From positions 288,001 through 352,000 of the forward strand of contig CP147779.1 in assembly GCA_037308085.1 (NCBI GenBank): a stretch of DNA of 64,000 bases, in the 5' to 3' direction. This DNA is from Promethearchaeati archaeon SRVP18_Atabeyarchaeia-1 (GTDB lineage: Archaea; Asgardarchaeota; Atabeyarchaeia; Atabeyarchaeales; Atabeyarchaeaceae). A program made the translations under genes and the position numbers. A model generated the notes under the pieces. The model did no database searches. It was not told the DNA's origin and saw only the letters and a list, made by a program, of their open reading frames with translations. The first letter of the stretch is position 1, and every line of letters begins with the position of its first letter. This document shows, piece by piece, positions 38,164-46,902 of the stretch.

Positions 38164-39455
38164 GGTTCTGTTACCTCTGCGATTGATAACCGTTTGGGTT
38201 AACTTCTCCGCTTTGGCTCATAGCCTTGTTGAAGGGACTAATCACTGCTACACGTGCGGAGCGATCCAGGGTGAACCGCACCCTTTCATCTTGGGCTTTC
38301 AGCATGCTCAAGCAGGCGTTCACGTGGCGGTCCATCCCGCAGCATTCCACGGTTTTCGCTTTCGGGTCTCGCATCACGCACCCACACACCGCGCAGACCC
38401 TGGAAGTGTCCCAAGCACTCACTTTAGTGATTTTGGCTCCATCCCAGAGAGCCTTGTACTCGATGAAGCCTTGCAGCCTGCGGAAGCTCCACGAGTTCAG
38501 CCTCCGCTTCAGCCTCTTAGAGCGTATGCTGATCATCTGGATCTTCCTGTTGAAATCGTTGACGCCTAGGACTTTCCTGTTGATTGTCCTTCGAATATGT
38601 CTAAGATCTTCCAGGATGATACCTTGCCCCCTGGTTTTCGCTTGCCTGACTATCGCTGAACTCACCTGGTGCAGCATTGTGCTGACCTTGCTGTTCTGAT
38701 TAGCGAACCACCTTCTCTGAATCTTCGTCGCCACCCGTCTATCCTTCGCGTACCTGGCTTGCATCCTCCGCACTCGTTCGAAGTACCCTTGCCTAGCTTC
38801 TGAAACCCCTGACAAGTCGCGGCTTTCAACGGCCAGTCCTCCATCTTCTCTTACATAGGCTCCGTCTATTGAGCGCTCATTCGTGTCGTACGCCACGTAG
38901 CTCCCTAGTTCGGCGACCTCAGCGATCTTCGAGAAAACCACTGAAACCGCGCAGGAAGTCAAAGTTATCGAGCCCAACTTGAGCGTGGCATCCGACAGGA
39001 ACTGCGCCGCCCTCTTATGCAGGGGAACGTAGAAGTACTCTCTTGGCTTGATCGGTATTCTCAGCTTGCCGTCAGCAACTTTGTAACCCTGATTTCCCAG
39101 TTTGGCAATGAGTTTCGTGGCTCTCGGCACTCGAGCATTCTGTCGCCTTCTTTTCGCTTTCCTGTAGTTCTTCAAAATGGCAGTGGCAGCCTCGATGGCG
39201 GAGAGGCTGTACCAGGTGTGGAGACCGTAGTTGCCCAGCTTGTGGTACGTCTCGCTCTGCAGGCTGAACCTTGAAGTCACATTCTTCTCCAGACCAACAC
39301 GAATGCAACAGTTAACCATGCTCCTGAAAGTTTCAAGAAGACTAAGAACATCACTTGTAGGCTCGTATGGTACTTGCACCGCCTTAACTGCCCGCATAGA
39401 ACTAGACAAGTAAAGACTCCTATTTAAACTCACGAACCGCAGAGGTAACAGAACC
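38164..39455 (-). mobile_element. tnpB-only element bounded by 18-bp perfect terminal inverted repeats, inserted in the ESCRT cluster
   Basis: GGTTCTGTTACCTCTGCG (38164-38181) and CGCAGAGGTAACAGAACC (39438-39455); flanks ACAGCCTA and GCAGCCTA. Confidence 0.85.
38171..39397 (-). CDS. tnpB: TnpB-family RuvC protein (RuvC-III Asp to His)
   Basis: AYDTN, LEDL, TSRVCAVC and MDRHVNAC motifs; the stop codon lies inside the inverted repeat. Confidence 0.88.
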   Translation of the reverse strand: MRAVKAVQVPYEPTSDVLSLLETFRSMVNCCIRVGLEKNVTSRFSLQSETYHKLGNYGLHTWYSLSAIEAATAILKNYRKAKRRRQNARVPRATKLIAKLGNQGYKVADGKLRIPIKPREYFYVPLHKRAAQFLSDATLKLGSITLTSCAVSVVFSKIAEVAELGSYVAYDTNERSIDGAYVREDGGLAVESRDLSGVSEARQGYFERVRRMQARYAKDRRVATKIQRRWFANQNSKVSTMLHQVSSAIVRQAKTRGQGIILEDLRHIRRTINRKVLGVNDFNRKIQMISIRSKRLKRRLNSWSFRRLQGFIEYKALWDGAKITKVSAWDTSRVCAVCGCVMRDPKAKTVECCGMDRHVNACLSMLKAQDERVRFTLDRSARVAVISPFNKAMSQSGEVNPNGYQSQR

Positions 39456-39515
39456 GCAGCCTATGAGAAGATAGATGCAAGTTCATCCGCCAAAGTCCTG
39501 TTTTCTGGTCGAAAC

Positions 39516-40373
39516 TCAGATTTCTCGCAACCGCCTTTTGAAATCGTCGAGAAGCCTCGTGGCATCAAGCCCCAGCTTGCTCGTTTCATCAGGGGTCAAG
39601 ACCGCGTCGGCAGGCAAACCCAACAGCTTGTCGTGCCACTCGGTTAACAGACCAAGTCCCCAATAATCCCCACGCGTCGTGGGAAAACTCCGGAGGAGCG
39701 ACAGTACCCTGTCTATTATTGGAATCAGTGATTCGACCTTAACAATGTCTCCGCCCAGATGGGCATAGTCGGATAAAGTAATGAGGTTGGAGACTATCTC
39801 TGCTGTGCTGGAAGCTACGTCGGCCTTGGTGACCGTTAAGCTCTCAACAAACGATTCGAGAGTCTCGCCCGAATCCAGCAGCTTGAACTTCTCGAAAACC
39901 ACGGGATATTCTTCCTGTATCTTTTCATTCACGAGGAAATATTCCATTGATATCCCGCTTCTCTCAAGCATCACCTTGAATTTCATCATGTCCGTTATTA
40001 ATGACTGCACTTGGCGTTTATAGGTTGCGAGTTCAACGTTACCCTTCTCAAAGTTGCACATAAGTGAGTTAAGTGTCGCAATGCAAGCATACAGTTCAGC
40101 TTCATACTCAAGCTGGTCCGGCGACAGCTTTGCCCTTGCTTCGATCGCTTGCGGAGCCACAGCTTCCCCTGGTATCTCAACTTTTCGTTGGACCACCTGG
40201 AAACGAGAAGACTGCCTAGGTTTCTCTTCTTGCTTCCTCTGCGATTCCTCTTGCCTGAGCGGGGGAGGTAGTTGCGGCTTTGCGGGCTCAGCTTCTGCCG
40301 TCACAGGCTTCGAGTCCTTTTCCAGCTTCTTCTTGGCTGATCTTCTGGGCAGTTCTTTCTCCATGTTCTGCAT
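39516..40373 (-). CDS. vps28: ESCRT-I subunit Vps28-like
   Basis: EAELYACIATLNSL...Y...VQSLI N-terminal domain, AEIVSNLITLSD C-terminal bundle, and cluster context. Confidence 0.8.
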   Translation of the reverse strand: MQNMEKELPRRSAKKKLEKDSKPVTAEAEPAKPQLPPPLRQEESQRKQEEKPRQSSRFQVVQRKVEIPGEAVAPQAIEARAKLSPDQLEYEAELYACIATLNSLMCNFEKGNVELATYKRQVQSLITDMMKFKVMLERSGISMEYFLVNEKIQEEYPVVFEKFKLLDSGETLESFVESLTVTKADVASSTAEIVSNLITLSDYAHLGGDIVKVESLIPIIDRVLSLLRSFPTTRGDYWGLGLLTEWHDKLLGLPADAVLTPDETSKLGLDATRLLDDFKRRLREI

Positions 40374-40466
40374 TCCCCAGTGGCTGTCAATCTGCCTGTG
40401 ACTGGCGGGCTAGACTTGATCTAAGAGCTTTCGGAGCCCCTAAATTGAGAAGCCATGATGGTCCCA

Positions 40467-41258
40467 CTACTGTCCTTGGCGTTCTTCGGTGAGTTTCTTA
40501 TCTAGAAGGAACAGTTCTTTCTTGTATTTCCTGTACAGTCTTGCATAATCCGCGGGCGCGATATCGCCTGACTCATATTTCTCCTCTAAGCTCCTAATGA
40601 GGTCTTCAAGGGCGATTTTGTCGCTTTCCATGTCAAGTGTCTGCCTTTGCTTTGGGTCGCTGGGTAGCAGGACTTGGTCAACCCTTTCAGGTCCCTCCTC
40701 CGGAACGTTGTGAGCTGTCATTTTTCCTCTGAGATGGGCAACCTCCTCTTCGAGGGTAGAGATCTGCTGTTTCAGTCTGCTAGCGTCGTCCGGTCTGGGA
40801 GGTGGAGCCTGGGCTGTGCTGGGTGGAGGAGGAGAAGGAGAAGGAGAAGGTTGGTAGCTCTGTCTGATACTGACTTGTGCCTGAGGTTGAGGGGTTCTTG
40901 CAGCAGGCTGCCCAATGCCTGGCTTCGGTGGTATTTGAGCAAACATGCCCTTGACCGTATTGATGACCTGATAGAGGTGATACTCAGGTCTCCAGTTGCT
41001 TATGATTGTAAGCCTCAATGTCCCGGTAGCCTGATCCAAATATGGATGCTCTATCGGAGTGACCATCCTAACTAAAGGCGGAATACTCGGAAATCCATTG
41101 GGTACTACTATTTCCACTTCGAAGCTCAAGTTCCTATAAGGACCCCTGCCAGGGATTGAACCCCTCCACCTTCGAAGGTCCCCGCCTGTGGGCTTGAACT
41201 CCGGCGCACGGCTGTATAGCAGCTGAGCCTCACGGGCTAATGTCAAATCATCACTCAA
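40467..41258 (-). CDS. vps23: UEV-Vps23/Tsg101-like ESCRT-I subunit (UEV, Pro-rich linker, coiled coil, steadiness box)
   Basis: E2 fold lacking the catalytic Cys (FPSIPP, HPYLDQATGTLRL); C-terminal LEDLI..LEE.Y..G.I...DY..LYR; TTG 41258 start chosen. Confidence 0.85.
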   Translation of the reverse strand: MSDDLTLAREAQLLYSRAPEFKPTGGDLRRWRGSIPGRGPYRNLSFEVEIVVPNGFPSIPPLVRMVTPIEHPYLDQATGTLRLTIISNWRPEYHLYQVINTVKGMFAQIPPKPGIGQPAARTPQPQAQVSIRQSYQPSPSPSPPPPSTAQAPPPRPDDASRLKQQISTLEEEVAHLRGKMTAHNVPEEGPERVDQVLLPSDPKQRQTLDMESDKIALEDLIRSLEEKYESGDIAPADYARLYRKYKKELFLLDKKLTEERQGQ

Positions 41259-41448
41259 AGGACTACCCCCTGAATAAGAAGCTTGGCAATACCAGAGATG
41301 ATCCCAGATGATCACAATGCTCGTAAAGGAGCCAACATATATAAAAGAGATAGGATTATTGACTTATTATGTCTTTTTGTAGAAAACGCATTCTTGCGAT
41401 GTAAGACAAGGAAATCAGCGAGAGACCGCCATTCATGGGGGGCAGGCG

Positions 41449-41898
41449 TTGGAAAGGCCAAGACCAACACACCCAGTAAAGTTGAAGAAGGAAGTGCTGG
41501 ACGGGATCAGAAAGCAAGCGCAATCTGCCAGCAATGAAATTGCAGGTCTACTCCTCGGAAGAATGCGCGGGAACACGCTCATTGTGACTGACATTGTGAC
41601 TGGCGAACAGTCAGGCTCTCGAACTCATGTTGTCCTAGATGACGAGTTCCTCGCTAGGGTCGCATCCGAATACGGAGAGCAAGGAAAGAAGAAGAGCATC
41701 GTCGGTTGGTATCACAGCCACCCAGACCTTGGCTGCTTCGTTTCCAGCACCGACTTTGAGACACAGAGGAGGTTCCAAGCGCTTTTTTCTGACGCAATAG
41801 GCTTGGTCATCGACCCGAGTCCGCCAGAGAGGCTTGCAGTGTTCCGTGTCGGCGAGGAAAAACCTAAGAGTGTCAAGGAAGAGGCCGCCGCGAACTAG
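41449..41898 (+). CDS. JAMM/MPN+ metallo-deubiquitinase
   Basis: EIAGLLLG and GWYHSHP....SSTD motifs. Confidence 0.92.
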   Translation: MERPRPTHPVKLKKEVLDGIRKQAQSASNEIAGLLLGRMRGNTLIVTDIVTGEQSGSRTHVVLDDEFLARVASEYGEQGKKKSIVGWYHSHPDLGCFVSSTDFETQRRFQALFSDAIGLVIDPSPPERLAVFRVGEEKPKSVKEEAAAN

Positions 41899-41947
41899 GC
41901 ATCATTGGAGACATCTGCGGCCAGCCCAACTGGCTGCCTTCATACCT

Positions 41948-42748
41948 CTATCGACCGGAGGAATCTTCGTCCACAGCCTGCGCAGTCGAATCCGCTGCCC
42001 GCTCCTTTTCCTTCTTGCCAGTGCTTGGTAGCTGTGGCAATGACCCTGTAATCGTGTCCAACCTTCGTGAAAGACTGGCCAGCGCATCCCCGAGAAACTT
42101 CACCAGATCACTAAGGTCCTCTCTTAATCCTTCGACGGTCTTCTTCGTGTCCCCGACCAGTTGCGAAGCTTCGCCTATTCTCTTGTCAACGTAGTCTCGT
42201 AGACCATCCAGCTTTGCACCGTACTCCCTGGAACTGAGTGGCTCGTCAGCTCCTGACTTCCTGAGCTCATCGGAGAGCTTCTTCTCAAATAGGTTGAGGT
42301 TGTCCGAGAACTCCCTTCTTAGGTTGTTCGTTATGGCGCCTATGTATCTAGCCAGCTCAGTTGATTCCGCCTTTTGGCTTTCGACTGTCTCGACCGCTTT
42401 CCCCAACTTTGGTTCGAGCTCGTTGATTTTTTGGAAAGTTGCTTCAATCGATATTGCTGTCTCGGAGACCAGCCTCTTCATGCTCGTAATATCTTTTTCA
42501 AGATCCTTCATTTTGGATAGAACACTCTTCCTTATTTCCTCGGTCACTGACGAGAACTCAGAGTCCAAGATGTTCAGACCATCTACGACACGCTCCAAAG
42601 ATGAAACCGTGGGAACGTCACCCTTGGGCGTTGATATAGCACTTATCTGGATCTCAACTTTCTTCCTATCGCCGGCAGAAGGCGAGCGCTTCTCCACTTT
42701 CGTGAACTCGATTTCACTACTCTCGTCGGCGTCCTTCATCGCTAACAC
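41948..42748 (-). CDS. Hypothetical coiled-coil protein inside the ESCRT-ubiquitin cluster
   Basis: 266-aa heptad-rich ORF. Confidence 0.7.
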   Translation of the reverse strand: MLAMKDADESSEIEFTKVEKRSPSAGDRKKVEIQISAISTPKGDVPTVSSLERVVDGLNILDSEFSSVTEEIRKSVLSKMKDLEKDITSMKRLVSETAISIEATFQKINELEPKLGKAVETVESQKAESTELARYIGAITNNLRREFSDNLNLFEKKLSDELRKSGADEPLSSREYGAKLDGLRDYVDKRIGEASQLVGDTKKTVEGLREDLSDLVKFLGDALASLSRRLDTITGSLPQLPSTGKKEKERAADSTAQAVDEDSSGR

Positions 42749-42978
42749 CAGACCTACTTAGAAAGAATCATTCATCCGCAAAATAGTGCAGGGCGAATGA
42801 GTGTCACACTACTATAAGACAATACTTATAGTTGACAGCGGTTATATTTGTTTAGCTAAAGTGTAGATGACTGCAAATCTGTTACTGCCAGCAGCTGGAT
42901 TTCGGTGAAAGTAAGTTGGTGCGCTCAACCCGTTTTGTCGTGACAGGCGTGAAGGTCGTTGGGAAATGGGACTGGGCA

Positions 42979-43167
42979 ATGAAGATGAAGTGCGTAGTCT
43001 GCAACTTGGACATCAAGAAAGGCGAGACGTTGCTTAAATGTCCCTACTGTGGCAACATTTCGCACAAAGTACACTTGCTTGCCTGGCTTCACGTCAAGAA
43101 CACTTGCCCAGCATGCAACCGGCGCCTATCCGAATCGGAACCTCAAGAATTCTCTCTGGAGGATTGA
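42979..43167 (+). CDS. Small RING-finger E3-like protein
   Basis: CVVC..CPYC..H..H..W..CPAC cross-brace pattern. Confidence 0.85.
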   Translation: MKMKCVVCNLDIKKGETLLKCPYCGNISHKVHLLAWLHVKNTCPACNRRLSESEPQEFSLED

Positions 43168-43444
43168 ACCGAGTATTCGTGAGGGCTAGCCAAAACAAGG
43201 AATGCGCTAGTCTGAACTCTACGTATCCGTTAGTCACTGTCTGCAGAAATCGACGGCTTAGTCGAACTCCCGATTCATGACTCTGACTTACTCATAAAGC
43301 GATCAGGGAGGATGAACCTTGGGAAGATCGCATTTTAAACATTGTAATCGGAAACACAAACGGAAAGGTATAATAGGTTAGGAATCCGTGAGAATTAATG
43401 ATCAATCTACAAAAAGCATTGTGAATTTGATCGCCTTGTAAGGG

Positions 43445-43699
43445 GTGGAGAAGACAAAAATGATGCTGAAGATCGTTTCTGCAATCGGTGGGGACGTCAT
43501 CGAGATCGACGTGCCACCACAATCGACAGTTGCGGCCGTTAAGAGAGAAATCGCCTCAAAGAAGAAGATACCCGCCTCGACAGTCCTTCTAGTCTATCGC
43601 GGAAAGCAGTTGGATGACGACACTATGCTTCAGGATGCAAACGTGGGTGACTACGACAAACTCTACTTGATTACCAGAACTGAAGGCGGCAACGACTAG
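43445..43699 (+). CDS. Ubiquitin-like protein (pro-form ending TEGG-ND)
   Basis: Beta-grasp pattern LVYRGKQLDD; di-Gly motif plus a 2-aa tail. Confidence 0.9.
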   Translation: MEKTKMMLKIVSAIGGDVIEIDVPPQSTVAAVKREIASKKKIPASTVLLVYRGKQLDDDTMLQDANVGDYDKLYLITRTEGGND

Positions 43700-43790
43700 A
43701 ATCTTAGGAACGAGAGAAAGGTTTCTCTCTCGAATTTATTTCGGCATAGAAGAGAGCATTGAACTTCGGTGCCACTAGGGGTGACACATT

Positions 43791-44255
43791 ATTCTATCTC
43801 AGAATGAGTATTGGGCGCGTCTTTCCATCGAAGCGAAAATGCTGGAACAAGAGGAGCCGAGCTTCCGCCCAGTGAAGGGCAATATTCGACTCTGGCGAGG
43901 ATACATACTTGGAACAGGAATATATGACGGCGGAGTGTTCCAGCTTGAAATCGAGATAACGGATAAGTTTCCTTTCGAGCCTCCGATTGTAAGATGTCTA
44001 ACTCCAGTTTTTCATCCCAATTTTAAAGCTGAAAGAGTTTGTGTGGGCATCCTAGGCAAGCAGTGGACTCCAGCCTCGTCTGTCGCCGGCGTAATTGAGG
44101 CTATAAGAAACCTGCTGAATTTCCCAAACCCCAACGATCCCCTTAACCTTGATGCGGCTGAGACAATGAGAAACAACCCCGACAAGTTCCGAAGGGAAGC
44201 TATGGATTGGGTCAGAAGATATGCAACCTGGGACAAGGTGAAGGAGCATAACTGA
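43791..44255 (+). CDS. E2 ubiquitin-conjugating enzyme
   Basis: FPFEPP, HPN, catalytic Cys and NDPLN. The frame stays open upstream of ATG 43839 to ATT codons at 43788/43791, after a GGGGTGA ribosome-binding site. Confidence 0.88.
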   Translation: MLSQNEYWARLSIEAKMLEQEEPSFRPVKGNIRLWRGYILGTGIYDGGVFQLEIEITDKFPFEPPIVRCLTPVFHPNFKAERVCVGILGKQWTPASSVAGVIEAIRNLLNFPNPNDPLNLDAAETMRNNPDKFRREAMDWVRRYATWDKVKEHN

Positions 44256-45300
44256 CAATAAGAAGCGCAAGGACGGAGAATCAGCGGAAAAAGAGGGGAG
44301 GTACAGCAGACAGCTTATCGCCGAAGAATGGAAGCAAGACAGACTGAAAGCAGCCAAGGTCTTGATAGCGGGGGTCGGCGCACTAGGATCAGTTGTAGCC
44401 ACTAACTTGGTGTCCCTCGGCGTCGGGGAAACAATACTCGTGGACTTCGACACCGTAGAAATCACCAATCTCAACAGGCAGCTCATTTATAGAGAAAAAG
44501 ACATCGGAAAGCCAAAAGTTGAAGCTGCAAGTAGGTTCCTCGCAGATCTCAACCCAGATGTTAGCATTAGAGTGTACGATCAGGACCTTCACCAAATTCC
44601 CAAGGAAGTATTTGAATCGTGTAGCGTAATTGTTGACTGCCTCGACACCTTCGAGGTAAGGAGATGGCTCAACTCAGTTTGTGTAACCCTAAAGAGGCCA
44701 CTTATCCATGGTGGGTTATACGGTTGGATGGGAAATGTCCAGGTTGTGATCCCCTACAAAACGCCCTGCCTAGAGTGTCAGCCACTGATACCTACTGAAA
44801 GACTACAGAAGGCTTGCACACCGCCTGGAGCAAGAAGACTTATAGAGCAACGAGAGAAGCAGGAAGAGGAGAAGCGCCAGAAGGTTCCCTCCTTTCCGAC
44901 AGTTCCCACGGTGATAGGTGGAATCCAGTCTCAGGAAGCATTGAAGCTTATCATGGGAGGGGAAAGCTTCTCCATACTTGACAATTACTTGTTCTATGAT
45001 GGCAAGAGTGAGTCATTCACACAGATTCAGCTACAAAGGAACCCGGGTTGCATAGTATGTGGAGAAAAATATGCGCTTAAGACGGTTGAGTATGCCATCG
45101 ACAGAGAAGAAAACATACGTTCACTAAAAGATCGGTTGATTGTTTCCTGGGGGCTCGTTGAGCCAATTAGAGTCATCTCAAAAGGGGTAATCCTCGAAGA
45201 CGACATGAGAATAGGAGACCTCAACAAGGGTCAGAGCACAGATCTCTACGTCTACGATCTTTCATTGTACAAGCCGATGCGACTAGTGCTCAAGACATAG
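44248..45300 (+). CDS. E1 ubiquitin-activating enzyme (ThiF + C-terminal Ubl-like domain)
   Basis: RYSRQ, GVGALG, NLNRQ, CLEC, KACT and CIVC motifs. RYSRQ lies upstream of the TTG at 44362, so the likely start is ATA 44248. Confidence 0.88.
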   Translation: MTDNKKRKDGESAEKEGRYSRQLIAEEWKQDRLKAAKVLIAGVGALGSVVATNLVSLGVGETILVDFDTVEITNLNRQLIYREKDIGKPKVEAASRFLADLNPDVSIRVYDQDLHQIPKEVFESCSVIVDCLDTFEVRRWLNSVCVTLKRPLIHGGLYGWMGNVQVVIPYKTPCLECQPLIPTERLQKACTPPGARRLIEQREKQEEEKRQKVPSFPTVPTVIGGIQSQEALKLIMGGESFSILDNYLFYDGKSESFTQIQLQRNPGCIVCGEKYALKTVEYAIDREENIRSLKDRLIVSWGLVEPIRVISKGVILEDDMRIGDLNKGQSTDLYVYDLSLYKPMRLVLKT

Positions 45301-45319
45301 AAAATCATATGATGGGAAG

Positions 45320-45784
45320 CTACGCTGATCCTGTGCCAGTTTCCTCCAGCCATACTGTGTCCTGGTCCTCGTCTATGTCGATACTCAACCATTCGCTCGC
45401 CGGATAATAGAGCGTCTTTTCATGCGCAAGTCTGATGAATGTCAATGATCTGCAATCATAGCAGTAAACTTCGAAATGGAAGCCCCCCTTGACTTCAAAA
45501 TATCTTTTACCACTATCCCAGATTTCTCCCGAGCCGACAATGCTCTTAATGAGCTCTCCTCTCGAGTTGACATGTGCCTTGATCGCATTCTCGATTACCA
45601 CAGATACCTCATTCATCGTTACCGGTATTCTCGTCGAATCCTTAAAGAAGTAGTTGCCTGAATAGACGCTGTACTTGCCTCTTGATTTTCGCGTCATCGT
45701 GGGCGAGCGTATTAGCCCATCGATTTTCGCCAGATAGTCGACGATTGCGTCGTGTAGTTCGCTCGACAATGATGCCATGATCAT
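45320..45784 (-). CDS. Hypothetical protein
   Basis: 154-aa ORF with an upstream TATA-like TTAAATA. Confidence 0.6.
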   Translation of the reverse strand: MIMASLSSELHDAIVDYLAKIDGLIRSPTMTRKSRGKYSVYSGNYFFKDSTRIPVTMNEVSVVIENAIKAHVNSRGELIKSIVGSGEIWDSGKRYFEVKGGFHFEVYCYDCRSLTFIRLAHEKTLYYPASEWLSIDIDEDQDTVWLEETGTGSA

Positions 45785-45854
45785 AAATATGGCGCGAACA
45801 AACCTATTTAATAATTCTTGGTTGACTCAGACTTTAGGCACGGTTTTTATCCAT

Positions 45855-46117
45855 AGACGAGTCTGATAAATTAGATCGCCTGTCTTAAGACTCTCGGACT
45901 CTGGAGTCTCGGAAGTCGCGGTGGCAGTGGATCACCTGATTTATGTCTTACTATTATTCACAGATGAAAAAGAGAGTATACACCAAAAGGCTGACCCCTT
46001 TAGATGATCTCCGTTTACCTTCGACATTAGATTGTGTTATCCTTATTGTATCCTTATTGAAGATCTCTTTATACCATAAAGCGAGAACCAGGTAATCAAA
46101 GTAGGGTCAGGTCATCT
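45855..46117 (+). ncRNA. Candidate structured non-coding RNA
   Basis: Nested stems ATAAATTAG/CTGATTTAT, CTGTC/GGCAG, GGACTC/GAGTCT, CTGACCC/GGGTCAG and TTACCT/AGGTAA; G-U pairs favour the + strand. Confidence 0.35.
46038..46059. repeat. 11-bp tandem repeat TATCCTTATTG x2
   Basis: Read directly from the sequence. Confidence 0.8.
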
Positions 46118-46331
46118 AGGTCATTTGTTATGCGATTATTTTTACATTTTTGTATTAACCATCGATCAGAAATGACCTCCTTGACCTCGCTCCAATCGCC
46201 TTGAGCGCATCGAGTCGTCGAGAAGGCTAAGAAGCAGGGGCTAATCCCATCTCGAGCTAGACAGAGCTCTCTCACTAGCTACTGACTTTGCCGATTGTCC
46301 AGATATCCATTGCAGAATCAGCTTCGTCTAC

Positions 46332-46631
46332 TCAATCTTCCTTGAACCTGTCAACAAATGATGGCTTTCGGGCCACGTCTCGCGTTTTGGCCTTAACCTT
46401 CTCTTTACGGACTTCCTCGTTCGTTATGCAGGTGAGTGTCGCAATGTATTCTTCGCTCAGGTCGAATCCTGAAAGGTACCCAGCCACCCAATCCTTTGTC
46501 CATGGTAAGCCTGTTCCACCCCGCCCCATGGCAATAAGTAAGCCCAGCAGAGCACCGATCTTCTTTCCCAATTCGCGAATCTCATATTGCGGACTTCTGT
46601 CCACGTCTTGACCCCTCCTATTCGCAAGCAT
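46332..46631 (-). CDS. Hypothetical protein
   Basis: 99-aa ORF with an upstream TATATA; no motif recognised. Confidence 0.45.
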   Translation of the reverse strand: MLANRRGQDVDRSPQYEIRELGKKIGALLGLLIAMGRGGTGLPWTKDWVAGYLSGFDLSEEYIATLTCITNEEVRKEKVKAKTRDVARKPSFVDRFKED

Positions 46632-46902
46632 GCGTCGTTATGACGCGTAACGGTGTTACTTTGCTCTATATATGCCTCTCTTAGGCAGCGATCTCCGAGC
46701 TGTCTAGCATGGACTGGCTAGTTTCGAACCCTGCATGCGACTGGCTCTGGTTGCATATCAATGGCAGAGATTTCGAGTAAGCTTGGATAAGCGATTCATG
46801 GACTTTCCGCCTGATGTCCTCCTCTTTATCCGGAGCCATCCATTAATTATAACTATCTAAAGGTCCTCATTTGTTGCTGGAGAATGTGAGGTGTTTTGAG
46901 GT

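Noticed and set aside
45928-45938. GGATCACCT resembling the 16S rRNA 3' end
   Set aside because: Short match with no other rRNA sequence nearby.
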